Shown one piece after another: positions 6,325 through 15,928 of a stretch of 37,038 bases of DNA. The translations under genes and the position numbers were made by a program. The stretch comes from Acidobacteriota bacterium (GTDB lineage Bacteria; Acidobacteriota; UBA890). Numbering within the stretch: the first letter of the stretch is position 1; each line of letters begins with the position of its first letter. The notes under the pieces were generated by a model. The model had not been told where the DNA came from. It made no database searches and saw only the letters and a program-made list of their open reading frames with translations. The stretch lies in the NCBI GenBank assembly GCA_046757445.1, contig JBHHYG010000002.1, forward strand, positions 1 through 37,038. Reading direction: 5' to 3'.

Positions 6325-9089
6325 GGCAATTCAAGATCGGCAACAGGTGGGTCCATGCCGGCGCGCTGGTGTTGATGGTGCTGGCGGCGAGCTCGGCGGC
6401 CTTGTCACAGCAGGCAGCCACCGAGCTGACCTGGGAGACGGCAGAGAATCCCGGCCTCATCCTGGTGCGCAACGCCACCATCTGGACCCAGGGGCCGCAA
6501 GGGATCCTACAGAATAGCGACATGCTGGTCCGCGACGGCAAGATCGCCGAGATCGGCCGCAGCATCCGCCCGCCGGCCGGGGCCATGGTCATCGACGGCA
6601 CCGACATGCAGGTAACCCCGGGGCTCATCGACGCCCACAGCCACACCGGCGCCGACGCCATCAACGAGGGCAGCCACAGCGTCACCGCCGAGGTGCGCAT
6701 CGGCGACGTCTTGAACCCTTCGGATCGGAGTATCTACCGGCAGTTGGCCGGTGGCCTCACCTCGGCGCAGGTGCTACACGGCTCAGCGAACGCCATTGGA
6801 GGCCAGTCAGCCATCATCAAGCTGCGCTACAAGGCGCCCAGGGCCCACGATCTGCTCTTCGAAGGTGCGACGCCGACCATCAAGTTTGCCCTCGGGGAAA
6901 ACCCCAAGCGCTCCAACTTCCGCATACCGGGGCAAACGCAGCGCTACCCCAACACCCGCATGGGCGTGGAACAAACCATTCGCAAGGCTTTCCTGGCGGC
7001 TCAGGACTACAAGCGCGAGTGGCAGGAGTTCAACGCCCTGACCGAGGCCGAGCAGGCACGCCGTGTGCCGCCGCGCCGCGACCTCCAGCTCGAGGCGCTG
7101 GTCGAGATCCTCGATGGCAAGCGCTTCGTCCACTCCCACTCCTACCGTCAGGACGAGATCCTCATGCTCATTCGCCTGGCGGAGGATTTCGGCTTCAAGA
7201 TCGGCGCCTTCCAGCACGTGCTCGAGGGCTACAAGGTGGCTTACGAGATCGCTGAGCACGGCGCCGGCGCTTCCACCTTCTCCGACTGGTGGGCCTACAA
7301 GCTCGAGGCCTACGACGCCATCCCTTACAACGGCGCGATCATGCACGATGCCGGCATCGTGGTGTCGTTCAACAGCGACAGCTCCGACCTGGCGCGGCGC
7401 CTGAACCTGGAGGCCGCCAAGGCGGTCAAGTACGGCGGCCTGCCGGAGCAGGAGGCTCTGGCCTTCGTCACCATCAATCCGGCCAAGCAGTTGAAGATCG
7501 ACGATAAGGTCGGCTCCCTCGAGGTCGGAAAGGACGCCGACTTCGTCGTCTGGAACGGCCATCCACTGTCGGTCTACTCGCACCCCGAGATGACCTTCAT
7601 CGACGGCCGTAAGGTCTTTGACCGAAAGATCGACCTGCAAGTGCGCGAGGCGGTGGAGGCCGAGCGGGCCGCCCTCATCGCCAAGGTCAAGGGAGAGAAA
7701 AAAGAAGGGGAGAAGAACGATACCGGAGAAGGTACCAACAGCAAGAAGGCCGCGGAGAAAGAAACAGAGTCCCGGCTGGCCTCCTGGCGCGATCCGGCGC
7801 CAGGAGCCCTGGAGTACCGGCCGAGCTCGCTACCGGACGCCGGCAGCATCGCCATCACCGGCGCCACCGTGCACCCGGTCAGCGGGCCTGCTATCGACAA
7901 CGGCGTCGTCGTCGTTGCCAACGGGCGCATCACCGCCGTCGGCGGCCCGGGCACTGCGATTCCTGCCGACGCCGAGCGGATAGACGCCGCCGGCAAACAT
8001 CTCTACCCGGGCATGATCGCCACCGACAGCGTCCTCGGCTTGACCGAGATCGGCAGCGTCGCCGGTGGCAACGATCAAGCAGAGACCGGCGACCTCAACG
8101 CCAACATCCGCGCTGAGGTTGCCGTTAATCCTGAGAGCGCAGCGATTCCGGTGACCCGCGCCAACGGCATCACCCACTCCCTCACGGTTCCGCGCGGCGG
8201 CCTGCTCATGGGAACCAGTGCGCTGCTGCGCCTGGACGGATGGACATGGGAGGGCCTGACCGCCGTCGCTCCGGTCGCCATGCACCTCAATTACCCCTCA
8301 TTCCGGCAACGGAGAGGCTTTGGTTTCTTCGGGCGACAACCGTCAGGGCAGAGCGCCGAGGAACGACGCAAGCAACAGTTCGAGACCATCGGTCGAACCT
8401 TCGAGGAGGCGCGCGCCTACGCCAAGGCGAAGGCTGCCGAGGCTGAGGGAGGCCCCCACCATGCCGACGACCCCGTGCTGGATGCCATGATCCCGGTGAT
8501 CGAGGGCAACGTGCCTTTGATTGTCCATACCTCGGACGTGCACGCAGTCCGCAGCGCAGTGGAGTGGGCCTCGAAGAAGAATCTGCGCATCGTGCTGATG
8601 GACTCCGGCGACGCCTGGCGGGAGGCCAACCTCCTGGCCGAGCACGACGTTCCGGTCATCATCAGCAGCATCTTGGCCATGCCCGCCCGCGCGGACGAAC
8701 CCTACGACAGCGCCTACGCTCGCGCCGCCAAGCTCTACGAAGCGGGCGTGAAGTTCTGCATCGGCGGCAGCTCGGGAGGCCCCGGTGGCGACGCCGCCAA
8801 CCTGCGAAACCTGCCCTACCATGCCGGCTTCGCCGCCGCCTTCGGCCTGCCCAAGGAGGAGGCGCTACGCTCGGTGACCTTGTACCCAGCTCAGATCCTC
8901 GGCGTCGACAAGGACCTCGGCTCCATCGAAGTGGGCAAGAGCGCCAGCCTGGTGATCACCGACGGCGACATCCTGGAGATCCGCACGAACGTGCTCGAGG
9001 AGTGGATCGATGGTCGACCGGTCGATCTGTCCAGCAAGCACACGCGGTTGTGGGAGAAGTACCGTAGCCGCCCCCATCCGTCTCGATGA
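6321..9089 (+). CDS. Two-domain amidohydrolase family protein (N-terminal catalytic-type domain, C-terminal degenerate domain)
   Basis: 922 aa with a signal-like N-terminus. The N-domain has PGLIDAHSHTG and a late SFNSDS Asp. After a Lys/Glu-rich linker comes a second amidohydrolase-like repeat (ITGATVHPVSG...VVVANGRITAVG) whose HxH position reads PGMIATDSVLG. The start overlaps the upstream stop (ATGA at 6321-6324). Confidence 0.88.
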   Translation: MRQFKIGNRWVHAGALVLMVLAASSAALSQQAATELTWETAENPGLILVRNATIWTQGPQGILQNSDMLVRDGKIAEIGRSIRPPAGAMVIDGTDMQVTPGLIDAHSHTGADAINEGSHSVTAEVRIGDVLNPSDRSIYRQLAGGLTSAQVLHGSANAIGGQSAIIKLRYKAPRAHDLLFEGATPTIKFALGENPKRSNFRIPGQTQRYPNTRMGVEQTIRKAFLAAQDYKREWQEFNALTEAEQARRVPPRRDLQLEALVEILDGKRFVHSHSYRQDEILMLIRLAEDFGFKIGAFQHVLEGYKVAYEIAEHGAGASTFSDWWAYKLEAYDAIPYNGAIMHDAGIVVSFNSDSSDLARRLNLEAAKAVKYGGLPEQEALAFVTINPAKQLKIDDKVGSLEVGKDADFVVWNGHPLSVYSHPEMTFIDGRKVFDRKIDLQVREAVEAERAALIAKVKGEKKEGEKNDTGEGTNSKKAAEKETESRLASWRDPAPGALEYRPSSLPDAGSIAITGATVHPVSGPAIDNGVVVVANGRITAVGGPGTAIPADAERIDAAGKHLYPGMIATDSVLGLTEIGSVAGGNDQAETGDLNANIRAEVAVNPESAAIPVTRANGITHSLTVPRGGLLMGTSALLRLDGWTWEGLTAVAPVAMHLNYPSFRQRRGFGFFGRQPSGQSAEERRKQQFETIGRTFEEARAYAKAKAAEAEGGPHHADDPVLDAMIPVIEGNVPLIVHTSDVHAVRSAVEWASKKNLRIVLMDSGDAWREANLLAEHDVPVIISSILAMPARADEPYDSAYARAAKLYEAGVKFCIGGSSGGPGGDAANLRNLPYHAGFAAAFGLPKEEALRSVTLYPAQILGVDKDLGSIEVGKSASLVITDGDILEIRTNVLEEWIDGRPVDLSSKHTRLWEKYRSRPHPSR

Positions 9090-9134
9090 TGGCGAGCCAC
9101 CCGTAGCTGGGCGGCGATCGGGAACGACCTCGGG

Positions 9135-9728
9135 TCAGAAGGCGCGCGCGTTGCCGTTGCCGTTCTCGATCTCGGCGGCGATACCTTCGAGAATCGACAC
9201 TACCTGTCGGCCAGCCCTGTAGGCGTCTTCCAGGTTGGCTTTCTGCGCAGCCGTCAATCGATTCTGGTGCAGGCTTGCGCGCACCGCAAAGAGCAGCTCG
9301 GTGAGCGGCTCGTTGAGCGCCAGCTCGATGCGGTTGAGCGCCTCGATGCCACAGTCACGTACCGCATCTTGCTGCTGTCGCCTGAGGCGGCGCTTCATCC
9401 GCGGCGCGAAGTCGAGGTGCCAGGCGATGATGACGCTGAGAATACCGAATCCCAGACTGAGGGCCAGAAACCCCCACAGCACCGCGGGCTGGTAGGCGGT
9501 GGCGGCAAGCCCTGGCGGCAGCGCTCCCACCTGGCTGAGGACGAACAGCGCCACGAAAGTGACATGCAAGGTCAACAGAACCCCACCCGATACCACCATC
9601 ACGTAGGGACGTTGCACCTCGGGAAGGTCGGTCAACAAGCGGCTCCGCCAATGGTGTATGAGGAGTCCGATATTCGCCGTCCATACCCCCACGGTCGCAC
9701 CGCCCATCACCAGCGCTTCAGTCTCCAT
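9135..9728 (-). CDS. Small membrane protein of unknown function (about 4 TM plus a helical cytoplasmic tail)
   Basis: 197-aa ORF with hydrophobic segments (VVSGGVLLTLHVTFVALFVL, VLWGFLALSLGFGILSVIIAW) followed by a charged helical C-terminus. I recognise no family. Confidence 0.6.
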   Translation of the reverse strand: METEALVMGGATVGVWTANIGLLIHHWRSRLLTDLPEVQRPYVMVVSGGVLLTLHVTFVALFVLSQVGALPPGLAATAYQPAVLWGFLALSLGFGILSVIIAWHLDFAPRMKRRLRRQQQDAVRDCGIEALNRIELALNEPLTELLFAVRASLHQNRLTAAQKANLEDAYRAGRQVVSILEGIAAEIENGNGNARAF

Positions 9729-9758
9729 GCCTCCCTCCCGGACCGGGGATCGTGAACC

Positions 9759-9942
9759 CTAGCCCGCATATCTCATCGGCTTGCTGCTGCGGGCGCGGCA
9801 AAGGGCGCGCTCGCTGCGTTGCGCTTGCTCGGGCTCCTCGACGTATTGTCAAATACGCCTCCGGAGCTCTCCCGGCGCGCGCCTTGCGCCCGCCCCCTTT
9901 CCCACGCCCTCGCGACGCAACCCGTTGAGATATGCAGGCTAG
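9759..9942. mobile_element. Full-length 184-bp palindromic MITE/REP-like element (inverted relative to the copy at 18005)
   Basis: Starts CTAGCCCGCATATCTCATCGG and ends CCGTTGAGATATGCAGGCTAG. The interior is the near-identical reverse complement of 18005-18188. It contains the central hairpin GACGTATTGTCAAATACGCC. Confidence 0.9.
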
Positions 9943-9972
9943 CCCGAATTTCTCATCGGTCTGCTGGTGCGG
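9939..9972. repeat. Partial one-arm copy abutting the full element and sharing its terminal CTAG (CTAGCCCGAATTTCTCATCGGTCTGCTGGTGCGG)
   Basis: Matches the first ~34 nt of the 9759 copy with a few substitutions. Confidence 0.8.
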
Positions 9973-10153
9973 AGGAGGCAGCCTGACTGCTTAACATCAG
10001 TGTGACAGAAGTGGGAGCCAACTGCACCTCGGCAGGACCGGCGCGCGGATCGGGCCGCACCCAGATTGGGCTTTGCAGCGCCCATGCCATCCTCTAGACT
10101 GAATCTGATTTACTCTCCCCGCCAAGACAATTCTCCCGCCTCTGCATGCGTTC

Positions 10154-10537
10154 ATGTCGATCGAGACAACGAATCACATCCTGGTGGTCGATGACGAGGC
10201 CGATGTCTGCGACCTCCTGAGCCGCTTCTTGACTCGACGGGGCTACCGGGTGGATACCGCCAACGACGGCGAGTCGGCGTTGGAGGCGGTGCGCCAGAAC
10301 GAGCCGGATATCGTACTGCTGGATATCCGGCTGCCCAAAATCGATGGCCTCAGCGTGCTCAGGAAGCTGCGCCAGGAGTCCAATGGCGTGGCCATCATCA
10401 CCATGTCGGGGGTAGCGGACGAGGACACCGCCCGCAAGAGCCTGGAGCTCGGTGCCGCTGATTTCATCACCAAGCCCTTCAACCTTCCCTATCTGGAAAC
10501 CAGCCTGCTGGCCAAGCTCATTCTCCTGGAGGGATGA
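10154..10537 (+). CDS. Single-domain response regulator (CheY-like receiver)
   Basis: 127 aa. Has ILVVDDE, the phospho-acceptor context IVLLDIRLPKIDG, and ITKPF near the C-terminus. There is no output domain. Confidence 0.93.
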   Translation: MSIETTNHILVVDDEADVCDLLSRFLTRRGYRVDTANDGESALEAVRQNEPDIVLLDIRLPKIDGLSVLRKLRQESNGVAIITMSGVADEDTARKSLELGAADFITKPFNLPYLETSLLAKLILLEG

Positions 10538-10543
10538 GAGGGG

Positions 10544-10573
10544 GACGCGAGGGCGATGAGATATGCAGGCTAG
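10544..10573. repeat. Partial copy of the repeat family (GACGCGAGGGCGATGAGATATGCAGGCTAG)
   Basis: Nearly identical to 157-186. Its terminal CTA (10570-10572) is the stop codon of the minus-strand histidine kinase. Confidence 0.75.
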
Positions 10574-13500
10574 TGGGCACCCGGTAGGCCGTTGAGGACC
10601 TCGTGGACCTTGCGGACGATCTCCCTGGGGCCAAAAGGTTTCTGGATGAAGGGCATGCTGGGATCGAGGCCACCGTGGCGAAGAATCGCCCTATCGGTGT
10701 AGCCGGACATGTAGAGGATCTTCAGCGAGGGCTCCTGGGTCGACAGTCGCCGGTAGAGTGCCTGGCCGTCCGCGCCCGGCATCACCACATCGGTGACGAG
10801 CAGAGCGATCTCGCCGGCATGCTCGGTGAATGTCTGCTCCGCCTCTTGTGGATGCTGTGCCGTCAGCACCTTGTATCCCTGCGCCTCCAGCGCTCGCTCC
10901 ACCACCGCACGCACCGACTGCTCGTCCTCGACCACAAGGATGGTCTCGGAGCCGCGGGGTAGGGGCCGGCGCTTCTCCTCGGCTGCCAGGGCTCGGGCAT
11001 CCGACTCCACCCGCGGTAGGTACACCTTGAACGTCGTTCCCTTGCCAGGCTCGGTGTAGACCCAGACATTGCCGCCGTGCTGCTTGACGATGCCGTAGAC
11101 GGTGGCCAGCCCCAGTCCGGTGCCCTTATCCTTGTCCTTGGTGGTGAAGAAGGGCTCGAAGATCCTCTGCTGTGTCTCTTGGTCCATGCCACAGCCGGTG
11201 TCGGTGACCGCCAGCATGACGTGGGGACCAACCTCGGCCTCGGCGTGGAGTAGAGCGTAGTCGCTATCGAGAACCACATTGGAGGTCTCGATGGTGAGCT
11301 TGCCGCCGCTGCTCATGGCATCTCGGGCGTTGACGGCGAGGTTCACCAGCACCTGCTCGATCTGCCCCGGGTCGGCCTCGACGTTGCCGAGATCCGGATC
11401 GGAGAGGAATTCCAGCTCGATGTCTTCGCCGAGGAGCCGCTCAAGCATCTTGGAGGTATTCTCCAGCATATCGTTCAGGTTGATGACGGCAACCTGCAGT
11501 GGCTGCTTGCGGCTGAAGGCCAGGAGCTGCCGCGTCAGGTCGGAGGCCCGCGACGCGCAGCGCAGGATCTCACCCAGGTCGCGCTCCGTGCTGCTGCCCT
11601 CTTCCACATCATTGAGCAGTAGCTGCGTATAGCCCGAGATCCCGGTCAGCAGGTTATTGAAATCGTGCGCCACCCCTCCGGCCAAGCGGCCGACGGCGTC
11701 CATCTTCTGGGCATGGCGAAGCTGTTCCTCGCTCTCGTGCAAGGCGCGCTCAGCGTGCTTGCGCCCAGTGACGTCATGGATGATGCCCTGATAGAAAAGA
11801 ATGCTGCTCTCGGTCTCGGAAGCCTGTCGCTCCGTCGAGCTGATCACGCAGTCGAGCTCGGTGCCGTCTTTCTTGCGCAGCTTGACTTCGAATTCCCGCA
11901 CCGAGCCATGCTGCAGCATCTCCTGCTGAAACCTTTGGTGCCCCCCGGGATCGAGGAAAAGGTCGCTGAACTCCAGCCCGTGCATCTCCTCTCGTGCATA
12001 GCCGAACAGAGCCAGCGTCGACTGGTTGAAGTCGACGAAGTGGCCATCCTGGGTGATGATGTAGACCGCATCGCGAAGACCCTCGAAGAGGGTTCGGTAC
12101 CTTCCTTCGGTCTTGCGGCGAGCTGCCTCGGCGCGCTTCCTCGCGCCGATGTCACGCACTGCCATCAGCGTGCTCTTGCCACTCTCGTGCTCGACCTGCC
12201 TGCCGCACACCTCGAGGGAGATCGATGACCCGTCTCGTTTCACGCAGGTCAGCTCGTAGGGCTCCTCGTAGCCGGACATGATGTTGGTAAGTACCAGCTC
12301 GCGATCCTCGGCCGCTACGAAATCCAGCACCGTCTTGCCGGCCACCTCCGAGGGTTCGTAGTCGAACATCTTGGCGAACAGGTCATTGGAATCGACGACG
12401 CGGGCGTCCTCGATGACCACGATCCCTTCGAAGGAAGCTTCGGAGAAGCGCCGGAACCGCTCTTCACTTGCCCTCAGTGCGCCGATCAACCGGGCATCGT
12501 CGGTAGCCAGGCAAACGACATTGGCCATCTCGGCGAGAAACTCCGTCTGTTCGGCTCCAAAGTGACGATGCAAGCGATGATGTGCACCCATGACACCGAC
12601 GACTGCGTCCCCGATGGTGATCGGCACGCTGTAGCCGGAAACCACGCCGTGCTCGACGAGCAGGGCGGGCCCAGTAAAGCGCGTCTCTCGCGCCAGGTCG
12701 TCGACAATCACCGGCTTCCTCGTCTGCAAGGTATAGCCTGCCTGCGAGCCCTCTCCTGCAGAGACCTTGGCCTGCCCCACCTGCCCCTCTTGCCAACCGA
12801 CGCCGGCGCGCAGGGTGAGGCGTCGGCCATCGGCGTCGAGCCAAAGGATCTTCACCAGATCCACCGCCTCGATCTCCGCCACGGCGCGCACCGCACGGTC
12901 CAAGGTACCTTCCAGATCCCGGGTGGCCAGATAATAGGATTGCAACTGCCGAATCGCTTCGCGGCGACAAAGAGCCTCCTTCGCCGCGGCCAGCAGGTCC
13001 GATTTTGCCATCGCCGCGGCAAGGCTCTCCCCGACGGCGGCGAAGAATCGCCGCTCGTCCTCATCGAAGCCCTCCGGCGTCGGTTTCCCCACCGCCATCA
13101 CGCCCAGCACGCGCTGGGCTGAGACCAGAGGAACCAGCACCTCCGACAAGATGCCGTTGCCCAGCAGCGTGGCGGGCCCATCCTCAGCGCCCACTCTCAG
13201 ATCAGCGGTGTACAGGGGCTGGCGGTCGTGGATGCACCGCTCGAACCGGGTCCCTGACAGCTCGGTGAGAGAAAAGCGGGTCCGCAGCTTATGGATCTCC
13301 TGCTGTGACAGGGCGACCCTGAGCTCGTCACTGTGGGCCATGCAGTCGAGCTTTCGCGTTTCCGCCTGGTAGTCGAAAACCGCCATACGACAGGCGTTGT
13401 TGATGCGGCGGAAGGTGGGCATCAGCAACCGTAAGGCGTCGGCGGCCTCCGCTGTTTCGTTGACCCCGCGAACGACCTGGCGCAAGACCTCGAGCCGCTC

Positions 13501-13587
13501 CGCCTGCTGGCCCTCGATCAGGGGCGAAGGGTGGACCGTCGCCTCGGATTGGGGCTCGATACTCCGCTCACTTCTGCTGTCGCTCAT
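10570..13587 (-). CDS. Soluble hybrid sensor histidine kinase (GAF-GAF-PAS-PAS-HisKA-HATPase_c-REC)
   Basis: H-box [16 protein letters not shown] boxes ([22 protein letters not shown]), and a C-terminal receiver (ILVVEDE...[13 protein letters not shown]...QKPF). No TM segments are seen. Start set to ATG 13587 (MSDSRSE...) because the upstream 40 codons of the tracked ORF lie in ~30% GC DNA that does not look coding. Confidence 0.9.
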   Translation of the reverse strand: MSDSRSERSIEPQSEATVHPSPLIEGQQAERLEVLRQVVRGVNETAEAADALRLLMPTFRRINNACRMAVFDYQAETRKLDCMAHSDELRVALSQQEIHKLRTRFSLTELSGTRFERCIHDRQPLYTADLRVGAEDGPATLLGNGILSEVLVPLVSAQRVLGVMAVGKPTPEGFDEDERRFFAAVGESLAAAMAKSDLLAAAKEALCRREAIRQLQSYYLATRDLEGTLDRAVRAVAEIEAVDLVKILWLDADGRRLTLRAGVGWQEGQVGQAKVSAGEGSQAGYTLQTRKPVIVDDLARETRFTGPALLVEHGVVSGYSVPITIGDAVVGVMGAHHRLHRHFGAEQTEFLAEMANVVCLATDDARLIGALRASEERFRRFSEASFEGIVVIEDARVVDSNDLFAKMFDYEPSEVAGKTVLDFVAAEDRELVLTNIMSGYEEPYELTCVKRDGSSISLEVCGRQVEHESGKSTLMAVRDIGARKRAEAARRKTEGRYRTLFEGLRDAVYIITQDGHFVDFNQSTLALFGYAREEMHGLEFSDLFLDPGGHQRFQQEMLQHGSVREFEVKLRKKDGTELDCVISSTERQASETESSILFYQGIIHDVTGRKHAERALHESEEQLRHAQKMDAVGRLAGGVAHDFNNLLTGISGYTQLLLNDVEEGSSTERDLGEILRCASRASDLTRQLLAFSRKQPLQVAVINLNDMLENTSKMLERLLGEDIELEFLSDPDLGNVEADPGQIEQVLVNLAVNARDAMSSGGKLTIETSNVVLDSDYALLHAEAEVGPHVMLAVTDTGCGMDQETQQRIFEPFFTTKDKDKGTGLGLATVYGIVKQHGGNVWVYTEPGKGTTFKVYLPRVESDARALAAEEKRRPLPRGSETILVVEDEQSVRAVVERALEAQGYKVLTAQHPQEAEQTFTEHAGEIALLVTDVVMPGADGQALYRRLSTQEPSLKILYMSGYTDRAILRHGGLDPSMPFIQKPFGPREIVRKVHEVLNGLPGAH

Positions 13588-13639
13588 CGCTCGTGGGTCC
13601 GCACCCGGCTTCTGCAAGAAAGCTCGGCAAAACTTTGCA

Positions 13640-13765
13640 CGACCGTTTATATCACATAGTAGCTTACGATGAGAAATACAATGGCAAAGAAAGTTATACA
13701 ATGACATATTAACTAATCATATCTAATACTATGTAACACTATCTATATGTAGCTACTGGATAGGG
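13640..13765. promoter_or_regulatory. AT-rich (~30% GC by hand count) non-coding island; probable promoter/regulatory region of the hybrid kinase
   Basis: Sits directly 5' of the kinase start, between two minus-strand genes. It contains many -10/-35-like hexamers on the minus strand (for example TTACAT-17-GTTAAT) and repeated ATRTAGCTAC motifs. The specific promoter assignment is not resolved. Confidence 0.4.
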
Positions 13766-13871
13766 CGTTGGCTATCACCGAACGACCTCCGCCACGGTTC
13801 CCCACACCCTGCAGGCTGCAAGGAGCCAGCCAGCGACTTCCGGCGACACCGCCTGGAAGGCGCCCACGGAC

Positions 13872-14882
13872 TCAGCCCTCTGACGACATCTCCAGTACCG
13901 CCGCTGCCTCGATGCGGGACGCCTTGAGCTTCAGCAGGGCTTCGTTGGCCGCCTCCAGCGGTAGCGACTCCACCTGGGTGCGGACGGGGATCTCACCCGC
14001 CAGGCGCAGAAACTCCTCGGCATCGGCATGGGTGAGGTTGGTAACGCTGCGCAGCGTGCGCTCGCCGTACAGGTGCCGCCGATAGTCGAGACTCGGCACG
14101 GCGTCGAGGTGCACGGCATTAACCGCCAGCGTGCCGGCCGGCGCCAGTGCCCGCAGGGCCTCGGGAATGATCCAGCCGGCCGGCGCGAAGCTGATGGCCG
14201 CATCGAGTCTGGCCGGTGGTTCATCCCGGGCGTCGCCGACCCAGGCGGCACCGAGTCGGTGAGCCAGCTGACGATGCCGGCGGCCGCGGGTGAACACATA
14301 GACCTCGCAACCCCAATGGCGGGCGACCTGGATGGCCAGATGGGCCGAGGCGCCGAAGCCGTAGAGCCCCAGCCGGCTGCCAGGGCGCACCTCAGCCAGC
14401 CGCAACGAGCGGTAACCGATGATGCCGGCACACAGCAGCGGTGCCGCCTCGAGGTCGCTGAACCCTTCGGGCAGCGGATGGGCGGCCGTTGCCGGTGCCA
14501 CCGCATACTCGGCATAACCGCCATCGACGTGATAGCCGGTGAAGCGGGCCTGCTGGCAGAGGTTCTCCCTGCCGTCGTGGCAAAGGTCACAGTTGCCGCA
14601 GGAGCTCGACAGCCAGGGGACGCCGACACGGGCGCCGACGCGACCGGCATCGACCCCTTCACCGGCGGCCTCGATGCGACCGACGATCTGGTGGCCGGGA
14701 ACGACCGGCTCCTTGATGAGCGGCAGGTCACCTTCCACCAGGTGCAGGTCGGTGTGGCAAACGCCGCAGGCGTACACCCGGATCAAGACCTCACCGGCAC
14801 CTGGAGCGGGAACCGGACGATCCTCCAGCTGCAGCGGCGCCTCCTCGATCGGCGCCTGGCGACGAAGTAAAGCGGCGCGCAT
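13872..14882 (-). CDS. Zinc-dependent alcohol dehydrogenase (MDR family)
   Basis: 336 aa. Catalytic Zn motif CGVCHTDLH, structural Zn cysteines (CGNCDLC), and a Rossmann motif GLYGFGASAH. Confidence 0.92.
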   Translation of the reverse strand: MRAALLRRQAPIEEAPLQLEDRPVPAPGAGEVLIRVYACGVCHTDLHLVEGDLPLIKEPVVPGHQIVGRIEAAGEGVDAGRVGARVGVPWLSSSCGNCDLCHDGRENLCQQARFTGYHVDGGYAEYAVAPATAAHPLPEGFSDLEAAPLLCAGIIGYRSLRLAEVRPGSRLGLYGFGASAHLAIQVARHWGCEVYVFTRGRRHRQLAHRLGAAWVGDARDEPPARLDAAISFAPAGWIIPEALRALAPAGTLAVNAVHLDAVPSLDYRRHLYGERTLRSVTNLTHADAEEFLRLAGEIPVRTQVESLPLEAANEALLKLKASRIEAAAVLEMSSEG

Positions 14883-14915
14883 GGGCGCTCAAATCCTATT
14901 ACTATGGGCACGCTA

Positions 14916-14944
14916 GGTCACCTCTGTGACCACCGCCCACAGAG
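14916..14944. promoter_or_regulatory. Overlapping inverted repeats in the divergent adh / proline dehydrogenase intergenic region (candidate operator)
   Basis: GGTCAC-CTCT-GTGACC at 14916-14931 overlaps CTCTGTG-N9-CACAGAG at 14922-14944. It lies 22 nt upstream of the ATG at 14966. Confidence 0.35.
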
Positions 14945-14965
14945 CTATCCCGAGGAAAGGAAAGT

Positions 14966-15892
14966 ATGAACCCGCTCCGCGCTCTGCTACTTTGGATGTC
15001 GCACAGCCCTTCCTGGCAACGCCGGATCTCCAGCTGGCCGGCTACCCGCCGCGTGGTGGCCAGGTTCATGCCCGGCGAAAAGCTCGACGAGGCGGTGGCG
15101 GCGGCACGGCAGCTCAACGCCGCCGGCATGAGCGCATCGCTCAACCCGCTCGGCGAGCACGTTGGCGACGAGGCCACGGCCGCAGCGGCCGCCGACGAGT
15201 ACGTCGGCATCCTCGAGCGTATCGAGTCCGAAGGCCTCGATGCCAATATCTCGGTCAAGCTCTCGCAGCTCGGCCTCGATCTCAGCCACGAGCTCACCGT
15301 CGGCAATCTGTCGCGCATCCTCGAGGACGCGCTGCGGCGAGACAACTTCGTTCGCATCGATATGGAGAGTTCCGCCTACGTCGAGCCGACGTTGCGGATC
15401 TACGAGCAACTACACGACCGCTTTGCGAACCTCGGCGTGGTCATCCAGGCCTATCTTCGTCGCACCGCCGACGACATCGAGCGGCTGATTCCCCTGGCGG
15501 CACCGATCCGTCTGGTCAAGGGCGCCTACATGGAGCCGGCGGAGATCGCGTTTCCGAAGAAGGCGGACGTCGACCGCAACTACGCCCGGCAGCTCGAACG
15601 ACTGCTCGATGGCGGGGCTCGCTCTCACGGCGTCAAGGTGGCGGTGGCAACCCACGATACCAACCTCATCGACCGGGCCAAGGAGCTGATCGGGCAGCGA
15701 CAGATCGACAGCGGCGTAGAGTTCCAGATGCTCTACGGCATCCGCCGCGACGTGCAGCGCCAGCTCGTCGCCGAGGGTCTTCCCCTGCGCATCTATGTCA
15801 GCTACGGAGTCAGCTGGTACGCCTGGTTCATGCGGCGGCTGGCCGAGCGTCCGGCCAACCTGACCTTCTTCCTCCGCAACCTGTTGCGCTAG
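14966..15892 (+). CDS. Proline dehydrogenase (monofunctional PutA-type PRODH)
   Basis: 308 aa with PRODH-like motifs (NPLGEHV, IRLVKGAYMEP, VATHD, FQMLYGIRRD). AGGAAAGGAAAG lies upstream of the ATG. The stop TAG at 15890-15892 lies in the repeat end. Confidence 0.88.
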   Translation: MNPLRALLLWMSHSPSWQRRISSWPATRRVVARFMPGEKLDEAVAAARQLNAAGMSASLNPLGEHVGDEATAAAAADEYVGILERIESEGLDANISVKLSQLGLDLSHELTVGNLSRILEDALRRDNFVRIDMESSAYVEPTLRIYEQLHDRFANLGVVIQAYLRRTADDIERLIPLAAPIRLVKGAYMEPAEIAFPKKADVDRNYARQLERLLDGGARSHGVKVAVATHDTNLIDRAKELIGQRQIDSGVEFQMLYGIRRDVQRQLVAEGLPLRIYVSYGVSWYAWFMRRLAERPANLTFFLRNLLR

Positions 15893-15928
15893 CCCGAACT
15901 CCTCAATGGCTCGTGAAGCGAGCGGGCG
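15889..15928. repeat. Partial one-arm copy, subfamily 2 (CTAGCCCGAACTCCTCAATGGCTCGTGAAGCGAGCGGGCG)
   Basis: Matches the left arm of the 33213 and 34281 copies. It contains the stops of both convergent flanking genes. Confidence 0.8.

Noticed and set aside
13588-13707. N-terminal extensions of tracked ORFs: kinase to 13707, clpX from 23761, CPBP protease to 36513, amidohydrolase from 4414, ABC ATPase to 17836, tig from 21660
   Set aside because: The extensions overlap upstream genes, tRNA, repeat elements or AT-rich DNA. They translate to atypical sequence. Internal starts give N-termini matching the known families, and several of these starts (for example the amidohydrolase and APC permease ATGs) have Shine-Dalgarno-like sequences.
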